Source of the DNA: a virus
Lineage: Duplodnaviria > Caudoviricetes
Reading direction: 5' to 3' (one strand)
Length of the DNA: 64,000 bases
Virus record (IMG/VR): IMGVR_UViG_3300033075_000428
Coordinates: 126,354 to 190,353 of that record
In this document: in pieces, positions 1-9,600 of the stretch
Position numbering within the stretch: position 1 is the first letter of the stretch
Layout: the number at the start of each line of letters is the position of its first letter
Notes under the pieces: generated by a model
What the model saw: only the letters and a program-made list of their open reading frames with translations
Database searches by the model: none
What the model was told of the DNA's origin: nothing
Made by a program: the position numbers and the translations under genes

Positions 1-999
1 GACAGTAACTTCTGTGGTGTGGAAGTGACTTGAAAGCTTGTTGATATTGAACTCTTTGTTCGTCATTGCATAGAGGAATATCTCGACTTCCTTGTTCATC
101 TTCAGGAAGTCTTTGTGACGGGGTATCGACACAGTCCTTCCACCGAGTATTGATACCAAGTCAAGTATCTTCTCAGGACCAAACACATAGTACAAATCAG
201 TGAACCCAGGGTACTTGTCTTCGAGTTGGACAAGTTGTAGGAAGAACTTGTCTAGTATCACAAGTTGTTCTCCTTCTTTTGTAGACCTTACCGAAATCGG
301 AGAATGCTCTTTCAAGTCTTCTCGTGAAGCCAGCGCAATGGAACAACGGAAACAAACAAGAGCCTTTGTATAAAGGCTCAGACACTTCTGCCGAGTGTAG
401 ACCCAGTCATTCTCTTTGAAGATTTGAATCACTTCACGAGGCTTCAACCGTCCATCATCACAGTTCTGATATAGGGTGATTATCAGATGTGAGATGATTG
501 GCTTTTCTTCTTCAGTGAAGTGCGATGAAAGAGTGCGAATACTATTGAGAAGCATGGTCTCATTGATTGCGCTCTGCGGGGTGTTGTAATGAAACTCTGA
601 GCTAATCTCGTCTAGGTTTAGCTTCTCACCCTCGATTGAAACCATTGAGTTTTTGTAGTCATAGAAGTTCTTTCGATAATGAGTATACATGCCAAGAACA
701 ATGCGCTTATCAAAGTACGCATACATTCTTTTCTCATTCTCGAAAATCAATCTCTTGCTTGATAGGTCATCGATGAGTGTCTCATATGCCCATGAGAATA
801 GCTCTTCAAAGACTTCATTCCCACCTGTATATGAAAACCGCTTGTCACTCTTTGAAAGGAAAGAATTGGCAAGCGGTATACAACCTATCTTGATACGTTC
901 GAATGCTTCAGCATCGTTCTGCTTCTGGAATAGCTCATAGTCATCAAAGAACGTCTTCAAGAACTTGTAGTTCACTTCAATCGAACGGAAGTGCTTCAT
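1..999 (-). CDS. Putative transcription regulator with a sigma-region-2-like N-terminus and a Mor/C-like C-terminal domain (partial, runs off the window edge; absent from the ORF track)
   Basis: Manual translation from ATG 999 is open to position 1: MKHFRSIEVNYKFLKTFFDDYELFQKQNDAEAFERIKIGCIPLANSF...TDLYYVFGPEKILDLVSILGGRTVSIPRHKDFLKMNKEVEIF...NINKLSSHFHTTEVTV. The GxExxxxLxxxxGGxxVxIP segment followed by an HTH matches the Mor activator pattern. Confidence 0.7.
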   Translation of the reverse strand, partial: MKHFRSIEVNYKFLKTFFDDYELFQKQNDAEAFERIKIGCIPLANSFLSKSDKRFSYTGGNEVFEELFSWAYETLIDDLSSKRLIFENEKRMYAYFDKRIVLGMYTHYRKNFYDYKNSMVSIEGEKLNLDEISSEFHYNTPQSAINETMLLNSIRTLSSHFTEEEKPIISHLIITLYQNCDDGRLKPREVIQIFKENDWVYTRQKCLSLYTKALVCFRCSIALASREDLKEHSPISVRSTKEGEQLVILDKFFLQLVQLEDKYPGFTDLYYVFGPEKILDLVSILGGRTVSIPRHKDFLKMNKEVEIFLYAMTNKEFNINKLSSHFHTTEVTV

Positions 1000-1145
1000 C
1001 ACTGTTCTTAGTGACGCGGTCTTTTTCCAGAAAACGATATTGTGTTTCGTGCTCAAAATGTATTTGGTCTAGTAATAAGAACGAATCAATCTTCTTAAAC
1101 TACCCAAACACCAAAGTGAGTGTGATGGTAGGCTCACTACATTGA

Positions 1146-2492
1146 TTACTTGTCTGTTCTGAGTCTCAAGAATACTCCGAATCGCAAAGCTCCATCCTTC
1201 GTAATCTCTTGGAATTCTGCTTCGACAATCTGCCCAATCAACTTGTTGCCCTTGTGTAGGTACATGTAGTATACACGCTGGGTCTCACTAAATCCTGAAC
1301 CAACGAAAGAAGTTTCTCCACTTGGACTCTGCAACTCAACGGAACCTAGAGAGCAAGTGAGCTTCTGTAACTCGCTGACAGGAACTCCAAACTCTTCACT
1401 ACACTTCTGAATCAACTTGGCGGACGGTGGTTTGCTGAACTTCTTGTCACCGTCTTTAACTGCAATGATTGGTAGGTCTTCAGTTTGAACTGGTTTGTCC
1501 TTAACCCAAAACTCAGAACGAATGTTCTCATATTGGGATGACAAATCCTTGAACACTGAGCCTTCAAATCCCTGCTTCACAAACTCTCGTGTTGCTGAGA
1601 TTGCTTCTTCCTTCGTCCTGATTATCTTTTGTTCAACACGAATGACATTGTCAAAGCTCTTGCCCTGAAAGAGAAGGCTAATTTGTTTGCTTCTCTCACG
1701 CTGTGAACGTTCACTCTTTGCTGCAAGTAACTCATCGATAGACAGACAGTCAAAAACATGGAAGTTCAGAGACAGCCTATCTGGGTGGTCAAACTTGCTT
1801 GAGGCGATTGAACTGGTATCATTCCAGTTTGTTGCAAGTAACTCACCATCGAAAACAATGCCTGTGTCCAAAAATGGTTTCAGTTGCTCGATGATGTGCT
1901 GAACATTACCGAAGTAGAACTCCTTCAACTGCCTGCTCAACGCAACATAGATTCCTGGAGTTTGGCTAAAGATAACGCATCGGAATCCATCCATCTTTGG
2001 TTCAGCAACCCATGTTGACCCATTGTCAAGAAACTCCCATGATTTTCTTGGTGAAGCAAGTTGTACCCCCCAACTGCTCTTCAGCGAGGGGTACACTTTT
2101 GCTATTGTTGTCTTTCCAACACCACTTACAAACTCCTTGTTCAGGAACTTGTTGAACCAAGCACGAATGTTGTTGTCAGCAATTGATGTCTGAAAAGCTG
2201 CAATGGCACGGAGTGCCATATTGCCAGTCAGGTCTCGTGTTCTGAGTTTATCAGTCAATGAGACAAATGAACCCCACAGTTCATCTTCAGTACTGAAGGG
2301 AGAAAATACAGAGTCAGGTTCAATGACAGGAGCGGAGATTCCGAGTGTTATGAAAGGATTGAAGACAATTTCTGAAGTGACACGTAAGAACTCATTGTCC
2401 TTGATGGCAAGTAGAATCGTTTCCTTTTCTTTCCGCGAATTGGTATTCTCACACTCATTGAGTGCGTCAATGAACTCTGTTAGTCTGTTCAT
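1146..2492 (-). CDS. lig: ATP-dependent DNA ligase (T4 gp30-like)
   Basis: KMDGFR adenylation motif, FDGEL, FHVFD, GFEGSVFK, WVKDKP, VGSGFS, and C-terminal GALRFGVFLRLRTDK. Confidence 0.95.
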   Translation of the reverse strand: MNRLTEFIDALNECENTNSRKEKETILLAIKDNEFLRVTSEIVFNPFITLGISAPVIEPDSVFSPFSTEDELWGSFVSLTDKLRTRDLTGNMALRAIAAFQTSIADNNIRAWFNKFLNKEFVSGVGKTTIAKVYPSLKSSWGVQLASPRKSWEFLDNGSTWVAEPKMDGFRCVIFSQTPGIYVALSRQLKEFYFGNVQHIIEQLKPFLDTGIVFDGELLATNWNDTSSIASSKFDHPDRLSLNFHVFDCLSIDELLAAKSERSQRERSKQISLLFQGKSFDNVIRVEQKIIRTKEEAISATREFVKQGFEGSVFKDLSSQYENIRSEFWVKDKPVQTEDLPIIAVKDGDKKFSKPPSAKLIQKCSEEFGVPVSELQKLTCSLGSVELQSPSGETSFVGSGFSETQRVYYMYLHKGNKLIGQIVEAEFQEITKDGALRFGVFLRLRTDK

Positions 2493-2929
2493 TTTCTCTT
2501 TCTGAAGGGTTCTAGTCCATTAATTACTGCGTTTACAAACTCCTCGGAACCACGCTGATAGGTTCTCAGAATCTTGTCGTATACTCTCAACGCTCCAAGA
2601 TTTCTGCCCATGACGTCATCAACCATGATGTTGTACGTTAGGTACGGATTCTTCTCAAAGAGATGCTCTGCACACATCACTGGTGCTGTTGTTGACAAGA
2701 TACCAACGAGGTATCCGAACAACATTGGGTCAACACCTTGTGAGTTAACGATGTAACAATCAACGTTGAAAACTGATTCCTCACGCTTGCTAATTGCATC
2801 AACAAGAAGTATGAAGTCTAGGTCATTCTTGAGTGGTGCAACTTTAATCATGAGGTCAACAGTATCCTCAAATTGACTTTGGATAATCTGAGGTACTGTT
2901 GTGTCGTTTCCGAGATAAAGGATGTTCAT
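2489..2929 (-). CDS. Hypothetical protein
   Basis: 146-aa ORF with ATGA overlaps to both neighbouring genes. Confidence 0.7.
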   Translation of the reverse strand: MNILYLGNDTTVPQIIQSQFEDTVDLMIKVAPLKNDLDFILLVDAISKREESVFNVDCYIVNSQGVDPMLFGYLVGILSTTAPVMCAEHLFEKNPYLTYNIMVDDVMGRNLGALRVYDKILRTYQRGSEEFVNAVINGLEPFRKRK

Positions 2930-3753
2930 GCAAGCCCTGAAATCAAATCGTACTGGTTCAGTACAGAACGAATTCTGCGCTTGTACTCTTCTAGCTGAAG
3001 CATAGGAAGGCCAAGAATCTGAGCCAGCAGAGTTGGTGGAATGTAACCGTCCTTTGTGTTCCGTGGACGTGTTTGCTTTGACCGATGGCGCAAGAACGCT
3101 TCAGCGACTTCTTCAGAGGGATTGAGACACTCTTGGAAATAGCGTGTGATGCCTGGACAATATGGTTCATGGAAACGTGAAAGCGTTAACTCAACCACTT
3201 GCAGGTCGAACGTGGATTGAAAATCTTGGAAGGCATCAAACGCATCACCAACGTCGATTGAACGACTAGTGTTGCCTGAGTACTCCAAGTCTTCATCTGT
3301 CGTCTCCGTACCAACGGACAATGATGTTTCAACAAGCGAAGTGTCAGGGCGACGAGTGTAGAACCCAACCAAATCCTTCACAATATTGGTTGCCATCGTA
3401 CGAATGGACGCACGAAGTTGTGCCTGATTAAATACCCGCATCTCGTCAAATCTCTTGGAGATTACACGACAAACGTGTGAGTTAATCTCTTGCACATAGT
3501 CCTCAGAATCCATGACACGGTTGTTTCTGCCAATAACGATATGGCGAAACATCGGTTGGAACTCCTTGATTACTCGGTCGGTGAACTCTTCAATTGTCAG
3601 GTGTTCATTGCTGACGACGGGTGTTGTTGCCTTCTGCGTCACTGCACGCTTCACCCCTGAGCGTACCTTTTCGACTTTCCGTTTGCTTGCCTGTGGTTTC
3701 GCAGTAGAAACCCAATTTTCTTCCTCTTCCCTGTTAAGCTGCTCGACTGACAT
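2926..3753 (-). CDS. Phage-encoded sigma-70/ECF-like RNA polymerase sigma factor
   Basis: Region-2-like SEDYVQEI...LRASIRTMATNIVKD and region-4-like HTH TLLAQILGLPMLQLEEYKRRIRSVL. Confidence 0.6.
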   Translation of the reverse strand: MSVEQLNREEEENWVSTAKPQASKRKVEKVRSGVKRAVTQKATTPVVSNEHLTIEEFTDRVIKEFQPMFRHIVIGRNNRVMDSEDYVQEINSHVCRVISKRFDEMRVFNQAQLRASIRTMATNIVKDLVGFYTRRPDTSLVETSLSVGTETTDEDLEYSGNTSRSIDVGDAFDAFQDFQSTFDLQVVELTLSRFHEPYCPGITRYFQECLNPSEEVAEAFLRHRSKQTRPRNTKDGYIPPTLLAQILGLPMLQLEEYKRRIRSVLNQYDLISGLA

Positions 3754-3800
3754 TTGGAACCCCTGAAATGAAAGTATTGAAATGTGCCTAGACCTTGTGA

Positions 3801-4067
3801 CTATCGTATCTCAAAGAGAACGACACCACAATATGAAAACCTGCTTGAGCTTCCCACCCTAAGGTATTCACGTTGAGTAGTTTTGACATCACCCTTCTTT
3901 AGTGTAACAACAATTTTCTGCGGCAATGGGTCTTGCTTCCGAATCAGTAATTCGTCACGTGTGAATGACAGAAGACTGGCTCCAGACTGCTTTAGTGTCT
4001 CCACACTTACGTTGAGTAGCAGGGAAACGAGACGTGATTCAACACTGAACGTAAGGGACAATTCCAT
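3801..4067 (-). CDS. Hypothetical protein
   Basis: 88-aa ORF on the strand of the operon. Confidence 0.5.
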   Translation of the reverse strand: MELSLTFSVESRLVSLLLNVSVETLKQSGASLLSFTRDELLIRKQDPLPQKIVVTLKKGDVKTTQREYLRVGSSSRFSYCGVVLFEIR

Positions 4068-4087
4068 GGAGGCAAAACCTATGCGTT

Positions 4088-4121
4088 AAGAAAGCCTACG
4101 AATATCGGGCTTTTCTTTTTT
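4088..4121. terminator. Stem-loop, possibly a bidirectional intrinsic terminator
   Basis: AAGAAAGCC-N10-GGGCTTTTCTTTTTT in the intergenic space downstream of the primase gene. Confidence 0.5.
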
Positions 4122-4271
4122 ACTCGCAACAAAAAGTTGACAAACCTGCTAAATGCGTGTTTCTAGCATCGTGCTAAGTTGTCAGACCCCTTGTTATGCT
4201 GAGAAAACTCGGAAAATGCCACAGCTAGTCTCGAGGTATACTGTGTTGTATAATACATACACAGCATTGTT

Positions 4272-5222
4272 TTACGAGTTTCTGCTGAACTTCTTTTCAG
4301 TTGTAAACCTTTGAAGTATTTTAGAGCGGACATCATCATTACTCACGATTGTGGTACAAGACACAAGTTCCTGAAACTTCTCTCTTCCAACTGACTCTGG
4401 GTCGTGTTCTCTTGGTAGGTTCACAATCCCGCAACTAACTCCTAAGTTTAGGAATTTCTGTTGATAGGTCATCTTCTGTTCCATGCTGACGTCTCCGTCT
4501 AACGCAAGCTTTACAACTCTGTACTTTCTTGCAATCAAATGAAGCTGTGTCAACGATAGAAACTTTCCGAGAAGAGCAAGTGCGGTTTTCCCAGCTGAAA
4601 TAGCGGAGAAAACGCCTTCACAAATTATGGGAACTTCTTGTGAAGGGACGAAGTCGATGTTGAAGATTACATGTGATTTATTCTCCTTTGGGTTCAGATA
4701 CTTCGGCAAAGTAGAAGTATAGGAACGAGCGGAGTAATAGACACAACGCCTGTCGGCGTTATAAAACGGAACAACGACTCTTCCCTCGAGTCTACCTAAA
4801 CCAACCCTCATGTCGTAATGAGACACTGTCTCAGGACTGAATCCTCGATATTCAGTGAGATATCGATAGGCCTCGAGACCATTCTTCACTGGATACGAAA
4901 GTTCATCTATGTTGAAGTAATGGAGTGACGTTACCTTGTGGTCAACAGCTTCCAAAAGATGCTTGAGTTCCCCTGTTGTAGCATTGGAAACCTTGTACAT
5001 CTCGATGAAAGGAAATAGCTTGCTAGCCTTTCCTTTCGTACCACAACGGTAGCAGTTGAAAAGGTCTTTCTCAATGTTGATGTAAAGATGGAACTTCGTG
5101 TCTTTACGTTTCTCTGGGGACTTGTCTATTCGAACGTGTTCACAATATGGACAGCAGAGACGAATCTCTCCATTCGATGCTTGGAGAACTTTGCCTGTAG
5201 CGGTTAATTGCTGAAGATTCAA
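4272..5222 (-). CDS. dnaG: DNA primase (Zn finger + TOPRIM)
   Basis: CPYC...CYRCG zinc finger, GRVVVP, YSAR, PKYLNP, ICEGVFSA, LALDGD, DP. Confidence 0.92.
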   Translation of the reverse strand: MNLQQLTATGKVLQASNGEIRLCCPYCEHVRIDKSPEKRKDTKFHLYINIEKDLFNCYRCGTKGKASKLFPFIEMYKVSNATTGELKHLLEAVDHKVTSLHYFNIDELSYPVKNGLEAYRYLTEYRGFSPETVSHYDMRVGLGRLEGRVVVPFYNADRRCVYYSARSYTSTLPKYLNPKENKSHVIFNIDFVPSQEVPIICEGVFSAISAGKTALALLGKFLSLTQLHLIARKYRVVKLALDGDVSMEQKMTYQQKFLNLGVSCGIVNLPREHDPESVGREKFQELVSCTTIVSNDDVRSKILQRFTTEKKFSRNS

Positions 5223-5255
5223 GACGGATACTTTCCGAGAAGTTACTGTGTGAAC

Positions 5256-5951
5256 TTAGAAAGATTCTATGCTAGATATCGCACTCTCATATCTAGGCTT
5301 CAAGAACTGTTCGACTTCTCTTTTCCTCTCTCTCAACTCACACATAAGGTCTGGATTGATGACTGAGATAGCACCATTCGTTAACTTATTGAGTTCTCGA
5401 TCACGTTGTAGACATACGTCCATTCCAGTAGTGAAGACCTTATGCATATGAGTGTTCCCTGAGAAGATTTCATCATAGCAGAAGTAGACAAGGTCTAGCA
5501 TATCACAGAATTTCATGACTTCCCATGCGGGCTGTGTATGAGCCTTCTTCTCTTGAAGAATGTACATAGAGTATGATTTCAGTACTTCATTACCAGAGAA
5601 CTGTTCGTTGACGAACCTTGTCTCAACGTCTTCTTGATAGTACTTTGAAGACTTGAATGGATAAGGAATATCCCCTACGTAAGCTTCTTCCAAATCATGA
5701 AAGAGTGAATAGCGCATGGCTGTCTCTGTGTTAATCTTCGGACAATTGGACAGAGACTCTAACTCTTCAGGTTCGCATTCTGCTATCTTTTCTCGTAACC
5801 GTTTGTTATAGTCATCACAAATCATCATCGTGAGCATTGTCACTCGATACGAGTGGTCTGCAACATTTTGCTCTTTGTTGTTACGGAGATTAGAAAATCG
5901 GTTGATGTTCGATAACGTCTGAATGACGCTGAAAGCACTATCGATGCTCAT
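5256..5951 (-). CDS. HD-domain deoxynucleotide phosphohydrolase (YfbR/DatZ-like)
   Basis: NRFS, QNVADHSYRV, LFHDLEEAYVGDIPYPFK, KFCDMLD. Confidence 0.85.
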   Translation of the reverse strand: MSIDSAFSVIQTLSNINRFSNLRNNKEQNVADHSYRVTMLTMMICDDYNKRLREKIAECEPEELESLSNCPKINTETAMRYSLFHDLEEAYVGDIPYPFKSSKYYQEDVETRFVNEQFSGNEVLKSYSMYILQEKKAHTQPAWEVMKFCDMLDLVYFCYDEIFSGNTHMHKVFTTGMDVCLQRDRELNKLTNGAISVINPDLMCELRERKREVEQFLKPRYESAISSIESF

Positions 5952-6406
5952 TACATATCCTCTTGTTCTCCTTCACCACCCATTGGTGAAAAGAGACTCT
6001 GGACAACTTGGGCTAAGCCCAATTCATACAGTGTCTTGGCTTCCAATGGGTCAGAAAAATTTGCCTCTACGGAGAACGAGCCATCCTCAATACGGTTAAC
6101 TGTCACCATAGCAAAGCCTGTTGCAGTGCTCAAAGTTTTAAGAGCGGCTGCAATCGCTTCTGAATTGGTGGTGACACCCTCACTCCCGACAAGAATACCA
6201 GACAAGTGACTTGGTTCTTCTTGAACAGTAGGTTCGGCAGTGGCTTGCTTACGCTGACGGAGTGACTTCTTGCCAGAAGTGCTGTCAGTGATGAATGCTG
6301 CTATGAACACTACAGTACCTAATACAAAAAGGAGCAGTACTGCAAACCCACAAAAATGCCAGAAGGATTGAAAGATGAACTGTAAGATATCCATGTATTG
6401 CTCCAA
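5951..6406 (-). CDS. Hypothetical membrane protein
   Basis: N-terminal hydrophobic segment (FIFQSFWHFCGFAVLLLFVLGTVVFIAAF). Confidence 0.7.
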   Translation of the reverse strand: MEQYMDILQFIFQSFWHFCGFAVLLLFVLGTVVFIAAFITDSTSGKKSLRQRKQATAEPTVQEEPSHLSGILVGSEGVTTNSEAIAAALKTLSTATGFAMVTVNRIEDGSFSVEANFSDPLEAKTLYELGLAQVVQSLFSPMGGEGEQEDM

Positions 6407-6410
6407 ATAG

Positions 6411-6474
6411 ATAATGGTTCTTCTGAAGTGAACGACTTTATTTGGTTAAAGTCAGAATTCAGAAGAACCATTAT
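6411..6474. repeat. Perfect 17-bp inverted repeat with a nested 7-bp inner stem
   Basis: ATAATGGTTCTTCTGAA (6411-6427) pairs with TTCAGAAGAACCATTAT (6458-6474); inner stem GACTTTA/TAAAGTC. Confidence 0.85.
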
Positions 6475-6495
6475 AACTGGGAACGACTCAGTCAG

Positions 6496-8022
6496 TTAGT
6501 ATGTTGGGTGTGTAATTCGGTCATCCTCTTGGAATAACGAAGTTTCCCTGTCAACGCGCAATGGTACATGCTTGTTTTCAATACCCTTACGCATCTTTGC
6601 AGTATACAATCGCATCGTACCGTTTGCTGCTTCTTCTGCTGTTTGGTTAAGCGAGATGACACCGTGTGCAATGTGAACCTTCTTTGAAGACTCAGCAAGG
6701 TGACGCTTAACGATTGTGTCAACTTCCCAAGCTTCAACCTTTGGTTGAGAAGCACTCAACATGGCAGAGTTGTATTCCTTTGACAAGGCAACCAAGTCAG
6801 CATAAATAGTACCACCATCATCGTACAATGAACCCTTTGTACCTGTTGATGGAAGCATGTTGTCAGCGTAGTCAACGATAATCAAATCAGGTCGGAAGTG
6901 GAAGGTGTTCCGAAGTCTTGAAAGGTGAGAACGGAGAGCATTTACACTGACAGTACCAGGGTCAAAGTACTTGATGTGTAGCTTCTTACTAAACGTACTA
7001 ATTTGGTGCATCCAGCTTTCAAACTCAGCTGGAGCCATATTCAATAGCATCTCGTGCTTGAGTCCTGTCAATCGTGAAATGACCTTAAATAGGATCTCCT
7101 CCTCTGGAACTTCAAGCGAGTAAAATACAACATTGCGTCCTTGAATCATATTCGCGGCTGCAATGTTTGCTAGCAACGTAGTCTTGCCACGTCCTGGAGG
7201 AGCAACCAGTACGTACAAGAACTTCCGATACATTCCACCGAGGAGATACTTATCAAGTGTTGGGAATGACGTAGTCAGGGTGTTTTCAGGAGAGTATTCT
7301 TCGCGATAAAGACGCTGGAGCTTCAGGTAGTCGTTTTCAAAGCTCAGGCCAAGGTCTACCTCAAATCCAGAGTTGACCGCCTTCTCAACAAGTGCTATAG
7401 AGCTTTCAAGGTTTTCGTCTTTGTCAAGAAGGTCAACGATTTTGAGTACTGCGTTCTTAATATTCTGGCGTTGTGCAAATCGAAGAACCTTATTCTTGAT
7501 GAAAGCAATGTCGTCAAGATCCATGCTGTAGATGTCTTCAATCGTCGTGAGCATGGTATAGACTGCTTCTTCATTCATCTTCCCAATCTTGGCTTGGTCA
7601 ACCAAATGGGAGTTTAGATTCGCCTTGTCTGGAATTTGCCGATACGTATTGTAGTACTGAATGATGTTCTTGTAAATGAACTGGTAGTAGAAGGACTCAA
7701 AGTACGACGGCTTGACAAGGTCGGAACCAAAGAGACAAAGGAACTGTTGGTCTCTCACTGTCATTGACAGAATCTTCTTCTGAAACTCCATCGAATAGTC
7801 GAACTTTGTTTCAGGCATCTGGTCACTCGTCATCGTTGGTGCGGTATAGGGCAACGTCGGAGTAACTGTTGTCGACTCAGGTGAGATGATTGGCGACCCA
7901 ATTTGGGTGATGTTGAATCCAGCTATTGGTTGAGGGGCGGACGCAACTGATTGGGCGAATTGTTCTTGGATGAAACCTTGTTCTAGTTCCTGTAGCGTTT
8001 GGTCAGTCATTTCTTCAAGCAT
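6496..8022 (-). CDS. dnaB: Replicative DNA helicase (DnaB / T4 gp41-like)
   Basis: Walker A APPGRGKT, YSLE, IIVDYAD, SASQ, AESSKK, KMRKG. Confidence 0.93.
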   Translation of the reverse strand: MLEEMTDQTLQELEQGFIQEQFAQSVASAPQPIAGFNITQIGSPIISPESTTVTPTLPYTAPTMTSDQMPETKFDYSMEFQKKILSMTVRDQQFLCLFGSDLVKPSYFESFYYQFIYKNIIQYYNTYRQIPDKANLNSHLVDQAKIGKMNEEAVYTMLTTIEDIYSMDLDDIAFIKNKVLRFAQRQNIKNAVLKIVDLLDKDENLESSIALVEKAVNSGFEVDLGLSFENDYLKLQRLYREEYSPENTLTTSFPTLDKYLLGGMYRKFLYVLVAPPGRGKTTLLANIAAANMIQGRNVVFYSLEVPEEEILFKVISRLTGLKHEMLLNMAPAEFESWMHQISTFSKKLHIKYFDPGTVSVNALRSHLSRLRNTFHFRPDLIIVDYADNMLPSTGTKGSLYDDGGTIYADLVALSKEYNSAMLSASQPKVEAWEVDTIVKRHLAESSKKVHIAHGVISLNQTAEEAANGTMRLYTAKMRKGIENKHVPLRVDRETSLFQEDDRITHPTY

Positions 8023-9577
8023 TTTGTGGTTCCAAAGTTGTCTCTTGCCGTGCGTTCACAAGAGATGTGATAAACGTTCCTAACTCTTCCATTCCAGAAT
8101 AGACCTTGTACGAGTGTCTCAAGTATGATTCCTTGCGAAGCTCTGAGTGCTTGCGAAGATATGCATGATGAGTGTCATTGAAGTCAATGATGTAGACTCG
8201 AGAAGTAGTTGCGCTCTTCGTCAGTGCACGTGCTGGACGTTGAATGTTCTTTACTTCCGATTTACCACCAGCACCCATGAGGATAATACCATCAAGCGTT
8301 GGTAGGTCACGACCTTCGTCAAATACACTCGAACCTATGAGAACCTTATAACGTTTCTCAGCAAACCAAGACTCATATGGAAAGTCTTCTGGATACTGAA
8401 TATACTTTTTCTTGTCGTGTGTGAACGTAGAGACAGCAAAGTCCTCTTGTAATTCTTTGTACAGTTCAGGAGTGTACGCTGATAGAATGCCAAATTTTGC
8501 TGAGACGAAAATTGTCTCTGGTATGTCTTCTGCAATCAACTCGAGTAGCTTGAATCCATGCTCTAGACGTACAACGGACAATAAAGTAGAGAAGTCTAGC
8601 TGGGAAAGGCGAATTGCTAGTTTTGAAGCAAGTACATTACGCTCTTGGTTCTTGACGATGAACCTATTGTATACTTTGTGGTAGTCTTCCATAAAGTATG
8701 TTGGCAATGAACTCATCTGGTAATTCAGGAAGAAGACATTGGGTTCAGCGATGAATCCTTTGTCAATCAGAAACTGAGTTGTGACCTGCATGATAACTTG
8801 ATGAAAGTATCCAAGCAACACTGCGTCTGATGGGTTTTCAAGATTTGCCTGACCACCACGAAAGGGTGTACCGCTAACACCAATGGTGTATTCAGTATGA
8901 GAACAGCGTTCTGCCAGAAACTGGTAACTGTCTGAACCAAGATGGTGTACTTCGTCGATGATGATGCAGTTGATTTTGTCGAAGAACTCTTCATACTGCT
9001 CATCACGAGCCATGTTGTAAAGTGTATCTATGATGCCAACAAACACCTTATTCTTCACTTCTTTCTTACCGTCACCAAGCTTACCAACGCTTTCTACCCC
9101 ACGGAGTATTAAACGATCATATGTCTGGTGCATGAGCATCTTGTCAGGAACAACAATCAGAATGTTCCCCTTGAACTCATCCTTATGTGTTAGAATCTTC
9201 GTTAGCCCTGCGAAAACCTCAGTCTTACCACCACGTGTAGGTATCCAAAGTATGCCACGCTTCCACATTAAGCACTTACGTATTGCGTTCGATTGGTACT
9301 CTCGCATTGAGATACCATCAAGCAAATCAACTGGCACTGCTTCAACGTTTGTGTCTGGCTTTGTTCGCTTGTCCTTTACAGTAATGAAGTCCAAGTCCTC
9401 GAGCAGTGGCATCAATCCTGAGAGGAACATTGGATATTTGCCATCCTTAACGAACTCCGTTGTAACCACATCATCACGAACCATTTCGTGAAGCGTCAAC
9501 CTGGACTTGACTAATCCAAGCTCTTCCTGGGAGAAAGAAGACATCTTCGCCCAAGTATTTTCAACTGTGATTTTCAT
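8015..9577 (-). CDS. uvsW: Superfamily 2 DEAD/H helicase (UvsW-like)
   Basis: MREYQ, PTRGGKT, DEVH, SGT, FDEGRDLP, IQRPARAL. Confidence 0.9.
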   Translation of the reverse strand: MKITVENTWAKMSSFSQEELGLVKSRLTLHEMVRDDVVTTEFVKDGKYPMFLSGLMPLLEDLDFITVKDKRTKPDTNVEAVPVDLLDGISMREYQSNAIRKCLMWKRGILWIPTRGGKTEVFAGLTKILTHKDEFKGNILIVVPDKMLMHQTYDRLILRGVESVGKLGDGKKEVKNKVFVGIIDTLYNMARDEQYEEFFDKINCIIIDEVHHLGSDSYQFLAERCSHTEYTIGVSGTPFRGGQANLENPSDAVLLGYFHQVIMQVTTQFLIDKGFIAEPNVFFLNYQMSSLPTYFMEDYHKVYNRFIVKNQERNVLASKLAIRLSQLDFSTLLSVVRLEHGFKLLELIAEDIPETIFVSAKFGILSAYTPELYKELQEDFAVSTFTHDKKKYIQYPEDFPYESWFAEKRYKVLIGSSVFDEGRDLPTLDGIILMGAGGKSEVKNIQRPARALTKSATTSRVYIIDFNDTHHAYLRKHSELRKESYLRHSYKVYSGMEELGTFITSLVNARQETTLEPQNA

Positions 9578-9600
9578 GCGGACTCGCTAGTGGGAGGCAA

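Noticed and set aside
197-1145. ORF-track calls 197-385, 689-940 and 903-1145
   Set aside because: These are shadows of the longer minus-strand ORF 999 to <1, which the track missed because it lacks a stop inside the window.
5256-5951. Z-genome (2-aminoadenine) system suggested by the DatZ-like HD protein and family-A polymerase
   Set aside because: No purZ or mazZ is present in the window, and the nucleotide genes point to thymidine modification.
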